DNA from: Asterionella formosa
Lineage: Eukaryota
Direction of reading: 5' to 3'
Assembly (NCBI GenBank): GCA_002256025.1
Contig: NKIB01010603.1
Location: 1 to 64,000 of the forward strand
Length of the DNA stretch: 64,000 bases
This document shows, piece after piece, positions 1-11,080 of this stretch. The translations under genes and the position numbers were made by a program. Position 1 is the stretch's first letter. Every line of letters begins with the position of its first letter. The notes under the pieces were generated by a model that searched no databases, had not been told where the DNA came from, and was given only the letters and a program-made list of their open reading frames with translations.

Positions 1-2
1 TG

Positions 3-122
3 GTTGCTCATGGGGATGTCTTGCAAATCACGCAAACGGCGTTTGCGAAAATGGATGGGTCGAAGCACCGGACGTTGCAGCATTTGGAGACTGCCACATT
101 ACGACCTTTGACATTAGTTTGA
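3..122 (+). CDS. 3' end of a histidine phosphatase / phosphoglycerate mutase-like protein (partial; 5' part lies outside the window)
   Basis: Manual translation of frame 3 gives VAHGDVLQITQTAFAKMDGSKHRTLQHLETATLRPLTLV*. The VAHG motif followed by a helix matches the C-terminal catalytic His region of His_Phos_1 proteins. Confidence 0.65.
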   Translation, partial: VAHGDVLQITQTAFAKMDGSKHRTLQHLETATLRPLTLV

Positions 123-1058
123 TGTTTGTCTCAAGTTGTAGAACTAAAATGCATGTCACTGAGTCCTAGGTGCCCCCATGTAGTAGTTGCTAGCAGCATT
201 TGCCAATCTAATAGTATAATAGATTCTCATGTATGGCTGAATGGGATTCCATTCGGCGCAATGTGGTGCAGCTCTAGTTCTTACTTTAGTTATTAATGTA
301 GTTATAACAATTACCAATACAGATGATAGCAATTTGTTATTGATGGAAATATTGTGAAGGCTATGTTGTAGCTAAATAAACAAGTGAAAGGGAGAGCACC
401 CATCATGGCTATGTATGACACTTCAATGGCTGTAATCATGATGGTCGGGTGCTGGTACCTGGTACCTGGTACCAGGTAGTCTTGATTTGTCATTGTAATA
501 TGGTCAAATCAATCACCATGTTCAAGCTGGACCACCTGAATCATCATCATGATGATGGCGCTGATTCGCCACACAGCAAGTATCTGGTATGGTGGCGATG
601 ATGATGCTGTTGCTTCCAAAAAGATTATAAATATGTAGCATGAACGTTATATTTAGGTTTTCGTGGGGCGCCAGACAGTGCTCCCTCCACCGACAGTGTG
701 ATGCATGGCATATTCTCGTCGCACCGCAAAATATCATGTCATATTTATATATTACTCATACATTAATATAGTATAGAGCATAGAAAGAACAAAGATTGTT
801 ATTGCTTTTACATTTTGTATATCGACTGTACGGCATAGCAGCCAGCATGAGCTGGCTCCGTGGTTTTCCTCTTGTGTACCAGGTACCAGGTACCCTGGGT
901 CTGCCACCGGCGGCGGAAAATTAATTAGCTCTAGACAACCGGTATTTATACCGGTAGCAGCATTTGTTCGTGCAAAAATTTTGTCCGGGGATATGATTGC
1001 TTGTTGTCTGCAATCCATCCCATCGTCATACTAGCCATCGAACGGCTCATCATTGATC

Positions 1059-1771
1059 ATGGGGAAATCAGCACGAGCACTGGATGAATCGACTACGGCC
1101 TCCGCCACTGACGAAACGACTGACAATGTGCGCCCGACAAGATCTCGTGTTTCGAAGCTGGTCGAAAAGATGTTCCGATCCTGTGAAGAGGACCCAAAGG
1201 GATCCATTCATAAAGCCTGGGGCATTTCGCTCATCTTTATCTTTCTTTTCTTCATCGTGGCTGTCGTTGAAAGTACGTTTGACCTTGCGTAGATCAGTTT
1301 GTGTAAGCGCACTCGCATTACTCACGCACTCTCTCTCTCTCTCTCGCCTTGTACCTAGTGCTCAACTTAAACGCCTACGGCGGCAGCCGGCTCATGATTT
1401 TCGCCTCCATTTGGGTTGGTCTGGTTCACATCGGTTTGGCCATTCTTGGAACCTTTGTGTTGAGACGTTTCCCCACGTCGTTTGCCATTGGCTTTTTTTT
1501 GGGGATTTTGGTAGTCTTGGCCAATCAAAACCTCATGCTGTTTGGTGTCTTTCGTAATTATTCCTTTGGGAATGGTCGAAAGAATCATGCGTTTGCCAAC
1601 ATGGCCTTTACTCTCTTTGCTGTACTGTCCTTGTTTACAACGTTGTTGGCCAATTTTCGTCATGAGTTGGTCGTGGCAGCTGTGGATGTGAAGGGAATAG
1701 GTAGACGACAAAATGCACGAGGGGAGGAGGACGACAATGATGAGTATCAATATCAAGATGAAAGACACTGA
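1059..1771 (+). CDS. Multi-pass membrane protein of unknown function, 2 exons (1059-1272, 1359-1771)
   Basis: Intron GTACGT(1273)...CT-rich tract...CTAG(1358) joins ORFs 1053-1292 and 1349-1771 in frame. About 4 hydrophobic helices and an acidic tail. Confidence 0.75.
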
Positions 1772-2760
1772 GATGAAAAGCAAGAATATATGTTGTGCTC
1801 ATTGCTTTGCTGGAGGAGGTCATTTCCAAAGGGTGGTAAATACACAAGTTACAGTAGTCTATATCCAGTTGTTAAGGTGAAAGTGGACAATGCTGATTAG
1901 ATTTTTCCATTCTTGTCCTACATTAACGCTGATGGTAGGCTATGAATTAATGTATTGATGTTGGGATTAGGGGAATGGCGAAGACTAGACTAATACCTAT
2001 GATGAATATTAAGTCTCTGAACTAGCCCTGATACTACTTTTGAGTAAACAATGTATCCTTTGGGAGGTGTCTTGATTCTCAATGTCATTGCTTCTCCCAA
2101 ATTTCAAGAATGTGCGTTTTGGACTGTGTGTGTTGCTCAACATACCGGTATGTGTCCCTGTAGGTGGTTACCTAGCGGCATTCACGTTCCGGTTGGTGTG
2201 TAAAACTATCAGTACCCTGGTACCTGGTACGGTTAGTAAGTTCATATGTGGCACACGCCACTCACCATACTGGTAAGTTTGTGAACAAGATGAGAACGAT
2301 ATGAACGATACAGCCATGCCGTAGACTACGTTGGGTCTACCTGGTAACCCCCAAAACGGTATTACAGTCGTGTATATTTGCTTACCATCAGCGGTTGGTA
2401 CCTGGTACCTGGTACCGGTACCGGTACCGGTACGAGGTAGTAGGAATCGTCCACTACTCCTGGTATCCCACCAGTTCCCAGTCAGGAGCTGCCAACATGA
2501 ACCCCGGTACACAGTAGGAAGTAATGGTACCTGGTACTGGCGCACAACACAACAGCCACCACAACCAACCATCATCGCTCCGCACGCTGGGATTCAGGAG
2601 TGAACACATAACTGTATGTATGAATGAAAAAAATATGACATTTCCTGGATACTTCTTCCTCCTCATCACTATTCTTCATTTCATAGCATCTACCGGTATT
2701 CAATACTGTTGACCGGGTAGTCCAGTCTATCACCACACAACGGACACAACACTCCCGATC

Positions 2761-4308
2761 ATGTCAGTATTGTTGACGACTGATGACGAACCCCTCACAA
2801 TCTCATTAGACAATGCAATTGCTGTCTATGTCCATAAGCTCCTGGCGGAACGAGTCAAATCTCATTTGTTACAAGAAGCGCTCGAATGGAGGGCGTTGAC
2901 GTGTTGCAGCGCATCAACAACAAAAGGAACAGCACCAAAACCGACTACTGCTACTACTACTACCTCAGCAAATAGTCGGAAACGACACTTGGCATCAACG
3001 TCAACAACCAGCGCTTATACCATTCTATCCTCGGAGCAAGTGACAGGTGTCTCCAAGTTACGGCGAGGATATCATTTGCTATTGTTGACTGGTGCAGAAA
3101 CGGGATACCACGAGGGCGATAATGATACTACTGGTGCAGTCTCACTAGTCTCACTAGTATCCTCCATCCCTCCCATGGCACGACGCAACATTTCTTGGGC
3201 ATGTCGCATACAATTTCAAATAAAAAATGTTAATGTTAAGCAACAATCAGATCATCACTTGGATACTATCGGAACAACATTATGGAAAAGTATAGTACCG
3301 CACTTTGCTACCAAGCATCATTCGCTGCGAGTGGATGTCCATCCACGCAAAGAAACAGAACGTATCTGTCGTTCTTTGCAACAAGCAGCAGCTGCAGAAG
3401 CAACAAGTCCTGATACTGCCAGTACTAATGCTGCTGATGGTGATCCATTCGAAGGGCCAATACCAATGACCATGTCCGCTACGAAATGCACTCATCGGAT
3501 GGTAGTCATCATTACTGACGAAGATATTTACTGGGGAACCATGGACAAATCAATCCCATCGGATGAACGACTCATGCTAACGAGGTTCAATCACCAAGCG
3601 ACTGAGGAATTACTGTTTCAAGCCTCCAAGGTATGTGGTGCAGACCATACTCCCAACACGGACGCGACTATTCCACTCTCACGAGCATACTATAAATTGG
3701 ACCAAGTGTGGCACGATATAATATCACAATTTACACAAGTTCCATTATTGTCGGGATTGGATTTGGGAGCCTCGCCTGGTGGATGGACACAAGTTTTGAT
3801 ACATGTTGCCAAATTGCCTCAAGTTGTGGCTGTCGATCCTGGAAGATTGGCAGATCGAGTATTGAACTTGTCACAAGTCAAATTTGTCAATCATTCCTTC
3901 GATTCGACACAAGGGGCTATAGAAATTGGGACCTACGGACAACAACTCCAATATTCACATGTCGTCTGTGATGCATCTATATTACTTCCTGTCGTATTTG
4001 ATAAGTTAGTTGGAGGGTTGTTGCGGGCTGTGCCAGATTCGATTTTCGCTCTGCCGTCGTGTTGGGTCATTACCATTAAGTTACCATTTAAAACACAACA
4101 GTCCTTGGTACGGCACATGGTCTGGGCCAAGGAATGGGCACCAGTTAGATTGAATGAAATTGCAACCTTGATTTATCCATCTCAAAATATCACTATCAAG
4201 TACACATTTGCTCATTTAATGGCCAATTCAGACAGTGAACGAACGCTGATTGCTACTATGGAGGAGGAGAAGAAAGTACCGGTAGTACCACCTGACGAGA
4301 CCGATTGA
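2761..4308 (+). CDS. FtsJ/RlmM-like SAM-dependent rRNA 2'-O-methyltransferase
   Basis: 515-aa ORF with SRAYYKL, GLDLGASPGGWTQVL, VVAVDPGRL, VVCDA, ITIKLP and a terminal SERT, consistent with the K-D-K-E tetrad layout. Confidence 0.85.
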   Translation: MSVLLTTDDEPLTISLDNAIAVYVHKLLAERVKSHLLQEALEWRALTCCSASTTKGTAPKPTTATTTTSANSRKRHLASTSTTSAYTILSSEQVTGVSKLRRGYHLLLLTGAETGYHEGDNDTTGAVSLVSLVSSIPPMARRNISWACRIQFQIKNVNVKQQSDHHLDTIGTTLWKSIVPHFATKHHSLRVDVHPRKETERICRSLQQAAAAEATSPDTASTNAADGDPFEGPIPMTMSATKCTHRMVVIITDEDIYWGTMDKSIPSDERLMLTRFNHQATEELLFQASKVCGADHTPNTDATIPLSRAYYKLDQVWHDIISQFTQVPLLSGLDLGASPGGWTQVLIHVAKLPQVVAVDPGRLADRVLNLSQVKFVNHSFDSTQGAIEIGTYGQQLQYSHVVCDASILLPVVFDKLVGGLLRAVPDSIFALPSCWVITIKLPFKTQQSLVRHMVWAKEWAPVRLNEIATLIYPSQNITIKYTFAHLMANSDSERTLIATMEEEKKVPVVPPDETD

Positions 4309-4519
4309 AGAGTAGTATGTAAAAACATGATGCAAAAATAAACTGCTCGGTATTGGACTGTTGAAACAAAAGCGACAAAACAAAGTTCATCAAAAATTGA
4401 TGGAACGTTTTTGTTCAATACACAATACATATTATTGACTTCTCTTTGTTACCATCTTCCATAATGACACTGTCACATTAGAGAATTCATAAAACTTTTG
4501 GTACACCATTATCCCTATA

Positions 4520-6210
4520 TTAATCCAAATAATCTCCTAGTCTCAGACTCGCTTCCCCAGTCTTTTTGATATGCAACAAAAAATCTCTTTTTTCGTTCAC
4601 ATTCAACAGATTGTACATATAAATCATTTTCGGGACACTCACTGTTGCCATTTTCACAAAAGTATTGTAATGTACCCACGTACATAGTGCCATGAGGAAT
4701 TGACAATCCATCCGATCCATAACACCTCCATGTCCAGGAATGATGGAATCAAAGTCCTTTATCCTGTAGGCTCGCTTAATGGCACTTGCCAAGAATCCAC
4801 CAAATGGCGCCACGACAGACGCAAACACGGCCAAGGACAAGGCGTGTATTTGAACTGGTTTGAAATTCTTGAGGATCAATTCAAAGTGATGATGTGAATG
4901 AGTTGGTTCACCAGATATGCATCCTGTTATAATAGTGCTTCCTTCCACGGAGCACTTTTCGGCAATTCCCAAGGCCTTGACGACAAAGATGGGGAGTAGT
5001 TCAAAGATCTGGGAGGGAAATATGTTTTGTGCGTCAAGGAAGACTGGGTCCAGTTCGCAGTCCAAGTCGTAGTGCAAGAGGCGGAATTCGTTAGTGGGAC
5101 ACGTGAGCCACTTGAATTGGGCTAGAAATCTTGCCAAGTACCAGCTGGCAATGATGGTGAAAATGCCACCTCCTATGAAGCCTTCCCATGTCTTATTGGG
5201 ACTAAACGAGATGAATGGTCGGTGTATGAACTTGCGGCCACATGTCATCCCAGAAGCATATGCCATTATATCGTTTGTTACGACCAATAGAATAGGAAGG
5301 GCGAACCAAAAGAGACCATTGTAGATATTGTGCATAATGTACTTCAATTGGCCCACTGTCAAACACAGGACCACGATGGTCCAACAAAGTTGATTAAGTT
5401 GAAATTTAATGTGCCCTGTCTGCATGGTCGCAATAGTAACAACGAAGGTTACGGAATACTGAATAAAGGAAATGGAGGTATGATATTTGGCGAAAAAATA
5501 CAAATGGTGCAAATCTTGATTCGATGCAATGATATCCGCCACAAAATCGCCATATGTATAGATGATGGCAACGCTGAACCACATCCATTGAGTTGTTCGA
5601 AAGAGTGGAATTGTATCTTGAATGGTATGAAAAAAAGCATTGTAGCGGACCCGAACTAGCTCGCGGAACTGATGGTAATATGGGACGTTGAGAAAAGAAT
5701 GAAGAATGTAACCTCAGCAATGCGTGTCAGCGAGGCACGATTTGACGTACCAACAAGAGCTCCACTAGAGCCACAAGTCCACAGATGTAGACATGTCCCA
5801 TATAGAGACAACCCAGAAAAAGTGCAATCTATTTTGGAGCAAGCCCACATTAGTTGGATTCTGACTTGGGCAAATTGATCCTGCAACGTGAACAAATCGC
5901 TCTGTTCCCCCATCATAATTGGCATCGCTCCACCGATATATAATATATATTTTAAAATAAAATAAATTGTTCCACTCACCATGAGCGCCCCCGACGAAAC
6001 TCGCACCAGGATTTTTTTCAACTTTGATTCGTCCTTTGCCACTTCCTTCCCCGTCATGGCCTTTCTAGGTCCCTCGTTCTGTGGACTCAGTTGTATAGCA
6101 GCAGTAGTAGTAGTAGTATGTTTGTTATTGGGTGATGTAGTTCCTCCATTCTCGGGTACTGATAATTGACTATCCCCCGTCTTCCGATTGCGGAGTCCTT
6201 CTGAAGTCAT
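4520..6210 (-). CDS. CDS: Phosphatidate cytidylyltransferase (CDP-diacylglycerol synthase), 3 exons (6210-5980, 5828-5751, 5668-4520)
   Basis: Signature motifs SPNKTWEGFIGG and ASAIKRAYRIKDFDSIIPGHGGVMDRMDCQ. Two GT-AG introns restore the frame (...GALM|IALFLGCLYMGH...VELLL|FRELVRVRY...TTQWMWF). Confidence 0.95.
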
Positions 6211-6699
6211 TGTAACGCCGAGTGGGTGAGGATATACTCGCTAATACTGATGCGGTATATTGTAGATTTCAACAAATAAATTTGAAAGGGTATCATATAT
6301 TAATGGGTACCTAGAAGGAAAATTGGAAAACACATGATGGTGTGGCCATATGATTGAAATTCGTGCTTGCTATTTCTATTTCGGCACATATATTTCATCC
6401 GGCTTCAATGATTTCATACGGCTTTTAAGATTTTATACTGGAAAGTCTGCTAATCGAGATATTTAGCTTTATCTATTTTATGAGTAAAAAACGTGTTCTA
6501 CCGGACCTTCCTGTGGCTGTTATGAATACCCGAAGCCGGTATGCATGTACTGCCTGGGCTGATTTCAATTTGCAAATTGTGACATGTTGTTGTGTTTCTG
6601 TTAGATGGTATAAAAATGGAAATTGACCAGGGCAGTCTAGTGCAACTACCCAGCGAACATTGCGCAACTGTTATGATACAGTCCTTGAAAGTTCCAGAT

Positions 6700-7700
6700 A
6701 TAACAGGATAAATTGTAAATCCTATCCTATATTATGACGAATGCTTATCTAAAACAACAAGTGCAACCTATAATAATCCCTTCACCTGTGTCAAACCAGC
6801 TGAAAGATGATGTGGGGGAATTCTGTGGTATAAGAATATATCCTGCTTGTTTTGTAGGTTGTCCATAATAATGGATCAACTAAATTGCTCTGGGGTAGCT
6901 GTTTTTCCTTCCTCATTAATCCCCTTCATTCAAGGTGATGATAGATAAGCTTGTTGCAAGAATAGGTCTACCTTGAAGAGGCTTGGATGATAAATATTAA
7001 CTCAGGATGCTGTGTGAAACAGCAAGGCAACCCTCATCCATCAAGCATTTTTTGGACAGTGTTCCACTTCCTCCCTCCAACACAACTAACTGCATCTAGG
7101 TTACAACCTTTACAATCTTGGTGTCCTTTTCCAAATCGGTATGCATTGTGTAGTCTAGGGCAATAACTTTCTCTTCAAATTTTCACCTCTCCTTATTGAC
7201 TCTACATGGGACCCCTGCATATGAATCATTCCATTTCTGTAAAGTTCCCCTTTTTGCTCTTGTGAGCGTCGTGAGCATCATTTCTACTCTGTATGGAGTA
7301 GTTTTTTCTTGTGGCTGTTGAGCGTCATTTATACTCTGTACAGAGTGATTATTCTGATTATAATTCAACAACTCACTATTGTTGCGGCTTACAGCCATTT
7401 TTATTTTCTGATATCTTCCGCAGACACCATGCCTATCAATACCAGCAGAAGAATCCTTCTATGAAGCTTAGGCAGACGCACCGTTGCTATCAGCAGAAGA
7501 ATCTCCACTCTGATCATTGTCGACTCCTTTTCTTGAGCTTGACACCTGAAACTTCGCCCTTGACGCTGCCGACTTTTCTTTGTCTTGATGTCCTTCTTTG
7601 TAGCTTGGGCAGACATGCCGCCCATTCCTTCGTAGAAACTCACTTTCTGAACTTCCTGATACCAGTTAAAAACTGCCATGACCCGCTCATTGAGAATATT
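6700..7700 (-). pseudogene. Degenerate coding remnant, probably transposon-derived
   Basis: Short protein-like ORF pieces interrupted by stops and frameshifts. No family could be securely recognised. Confidence 0.25.
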
Positions 7701-8543
7701 TGTGTGTTGCTCTTACCCATTAAATGCAGAATAACGCATTTTGCAATCAAAACTTACGTAAATGTAACTTCTTAGAGTTCTGAATCCTTCCCAAGCATGT
7801 AAGTTAGTCAGCTATGGAATTAGTTTGAGATTTTGAGTCAATAGTTCATATCAAGAATAGATTGCCTAAAATAGTCTATCTATCAAAAAAGCATGGTGAA
7901 CACAGATTAAGGTAAGTTTACAAGTCTCCTCATCATGACCCGATCTGTCCTCGAAAATCTAAATAAATTTATATTCAATTAACTAGAAAGAAGTATGATA
8001 TCTTTCCTTGACCGATGGTATTAACCTTTAGTCGGAGTACTACGGCGGTAGTCAAACAAACATGGCAGTTTTTATTGGTACCAGGTACTCCGATGAGTAC
8101 ACCCCAACATACCAGACGAGGGAAACTCAACCAATTTACCGGTATTTCAAACCACCGTAGTTGATCTCTTCGATCAGATCATGATGCGGTGGAATGATGA
8201 TGATCTGTTTTTGCTGTCGGAATCACCGATGGAGATGTGCACAAAGTCAACCGATGTAGTCAGTCTAGCTAGCGATTATTGATCTATTCTATATATTTGC
8301 TTTGATTTCTCAGTTGTTGTTGGGAGCCATTAAACTCCAGCAGCCATGCACACATATATGAATAAGCCATGAGTAAAAAGTCTAGGTACCTGCAGCCACG
8401 TTGCGGTAATTTTGCTTCTTTGTGTGAAAATTCTAACGGTTCATGCCCGGTGGCCATATAAAGACGACTGGAAACAATTTGATTAATTCAGATAATTAGG
8501 GACGAAACAGGTTCTGACAAATTATAATTTTGGGTTCAAGTAC

Positions 8544-8639
8544 TTAGGGACTATGTTAGTTTAACCAAATGGACTCTACTTTAGGCAAAATTTTGCCAAA
8601 ACTAAAATTTTGCTTTAGTTAGACAAACATAGTCCTTAA
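8544..8639. mobile_element. Small MITE-like element
   Basis: ttagggactatgttagtttaaccaaa matches the reverse complement of the right end (ttaaggactatgtttgtctaactaaa). TTA/TAA flanks and a central palindrome ggcaaaattttgcc. Confidence 0.55.
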
Positions 8640-9452
8640 TTCATTTGCATATGTTGCCTACGTCACTGCATATAGAAGGAAATTGAGTTACCAGTACACT
8701 CCCGTTGGCACTTTAAGCAAACCTACTTTTAGCAAAGCTACTTTAAGCAAAACCGACGGAAGCAAATGGCAGAATAAGCAAAACAGATTGGTCTCAAGAA
8801 TATTTTAGGCTAAATCAGATTAAAGCTAAAAATATATTGGAACAACAAGCCGGCCGGGTTGGTTCATTAAACTGATATTAAGAAGAGACACATGCATTGA
8901 TTTGAAATTGGAATCAGTATTGCCAGTTCGAAGTTTTACGTGGAACAAGAAATAGCAAAATTACCGCAACTTGCTACCATGGTGGTAATGAAGATTTGGA
9001 AATGGAATACCGGTAGTTCCTCAGAAAACGTCATACACCACACACCACAGTATAAAAGTTTGCCTAGAAATATCAGAGACCATAACTGGGAAAGCAATCG
9101 ACTCTATTGCAAGATTGAAGACCTATGGTTTCCATTACTTACAATAATGACCAGCCATTTCACTCTCATATGAGATTTCCAAAAGCCTAACGTGTACTCT
9201 GAATTCCTAATTGTGTCGCATATTTTTATTGCATCAACTTTCCAACTTCTTTTCCTTCGAAAACACCATCAGCAGAAGTGAAGAACAAGGGGGTCGCTTG
9301 ACTGTCCTGGCCCTATAATTGCAGTGCACGAAGCACTAGTACTTGCTATTTCATGAGATTCCTTCTTCATACATGCTCAACCAGGAATGAAAATAGCAAT
9401 AATTATAGCATTGACTTAGTCATAATGAATATCCGATCATTGTGTCGTCTGC

Positions 9453-10409
9453 TTATCTACCAACAACAGTCACGCTTCCTCGTTCACCCTTATCGTTGGC
9501 GCCCACAAATCCCACTTTGCCTTGTTGGGTATAGTATATCAACGGCCAATCATGACCAAACACCTCTCGCGGACGCAACGAAGTCACATCATATATGGCA
9601 CACTTTTTCAAAGGAGAATTGGTTGAGAAAACGGGATCATCCGTGTTGATGAACTGTTGCGCGTAGTCTGCTGAAGCTCCAAATCTCCTACTGCCGTACC
9701 AAATATCGAATACGCCGCGTTGGCAAAAAGGGTCCAGCAGAGTCTGCTGTACATAAATTCTAGGACGAAACGACTTGATCGTCTCTGCGCATGTTGTGCA
9801 ACCAAAGGCTCCAACAGAAATCCCGATCAGATGAACTTTCTGGAGCAACGGTGCCTTGGACAAGAGTTGATCCGCAACAAGACGTCCAATTACTTGTCCA
9901 TTGAAGGATGCTTGTAAAATATTCTTAGAGTACTCGCTCCAATCAAGAACTGTAGAGTACGAGGTCTCGCAGTCTACTTGTTGAAGTTCCTTGAGAAGCG
10001 CGTCTGTGTTTTTGTCTTTGCCTCCTGCCCCATGAAAGACCAATGTTACCTCTTTCACGCAGTCCCACCCCTGGGATGGTGTATCCATCATCAAAGCTTC
10101 ATCACCATTCGGTCTAATGGAAAACGAAGCAACTCTGGAGAAATCCTCACCAATAATAGGAAGAGTCACAAGAGCAGTACCAAGGTTCAAGAGATTTCTC
10201 CTGGAGGCAAGCAATGTGTCATGACGCTCCGATAGAAAACGACGAACTCCTAATTGTGCTTGTCGTTGCTGCTTGTTTGGCAATTGGTAAATGTAATGTC
10301 GGTTGGATGATATTTGCAGCAGCTTGGCTTTGGCTGATGAGAGACAAAAGGCTTGGACTGATGTTGCGAGGCAGATCAGGATGCTGATACTATTTTTAAT
10401 AGCTCTCAT
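9453..10409 (-). CDS. Alpha/beta hydrolase (lipase-like), probably plastid-targeted
   Basis: Signal peptide ending SVQA-F followed by a basic transit-like stretch. VFHGAGG, nucleophile elbow VHLIGISVG, TLLDP, DDPV and terminal GHDWP. Confidence 0.8.
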   Translation of the reverse strand: MRAIKNSISILICLATSVQAFCLSSAKAKLLQISSNRHYIYQLPNKQQRQAQLGVRRFLSERHDTLLASRRNLLNLGTALVTLPIIGEDFSRVASFSIRPNGDEALMMDTPSQGWDCVKEVTLVFHGAGGKDKNTDALLKELQQVDCETSYSTVLDWSEYSKNILQASFNGQVIGRLVADQLLSKAPLLQKVHLIGISVGAFGCTTCAETIKSFRPRIYVQQTLLDPFCQRGVFDIWYGSRRFGASADYAQQFINTDDPVFSTNSPLKKCAIYDVTSLRPREVFGHDWPLIYYTQQGKVGFVGANDKGERGSVTVVGR

Positions 10410-11080
10410 TGTGTTAAGTCTATTTATTTGATAGTCAGAGTTAGCAATTTTGGTAGGATCATTGAATTTTATGAGTTGGGGTACTTGGTACTTTATAACT
10501 AAATTACCGGTACATTTTTATATCGACCTGAATCAGGCAAGCAATGTCGGCTAGCTAGCGAAGTACGTATGTATATAAATTCCTCTTAGTTGTGAACGAG
10601 ATATACTCACGATAAATATTGCTGAAGGAGGTGCGCTCTTCCTGGTGCTGCCGCACTCAAGCGCGGTCACGGGGGAGGCTAGATACAATAACCGATGGTC
10701 GACCTGCTCCAAAATAAATAAAGCTAAACTTTTCAATTTATCGCATATACTTACCCGGTACAACTACATTTATTATAGTATTTCATCGTTTTTCCTGCAT
10801 TTAAAAGAATAGTTCGGACTAAATATGCTATCTAAATTAATTTAATTAGTCGAAACACATGCATTGAATTTCCGGAAGTTATTTGGAAGTGTCGGCGGTT
10901 GTCGTTTCCCCTTCTCTCGTTTACTTTGCCCCGTTACTCTCATTTTCTACTTTTCACTACACAACGCCTTGAGTGCAGCTAGCATATTCACTCGAGGAAC
11001 AAACGAGATAAGTCTCTTCCGCTTAATTAAAGCCTTCATATATTCACAAGAAATCAGGCTCCCGTTAGTTTTCGAAAATC

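Noticed and set aside
2082..2712. Short ORFs rich in YLVPGT/GTWYQV peptides (also 38982-39212, 54494-54857)
   Set aside because: By-products of the GGTACC arrays, which lack stops in several frames.
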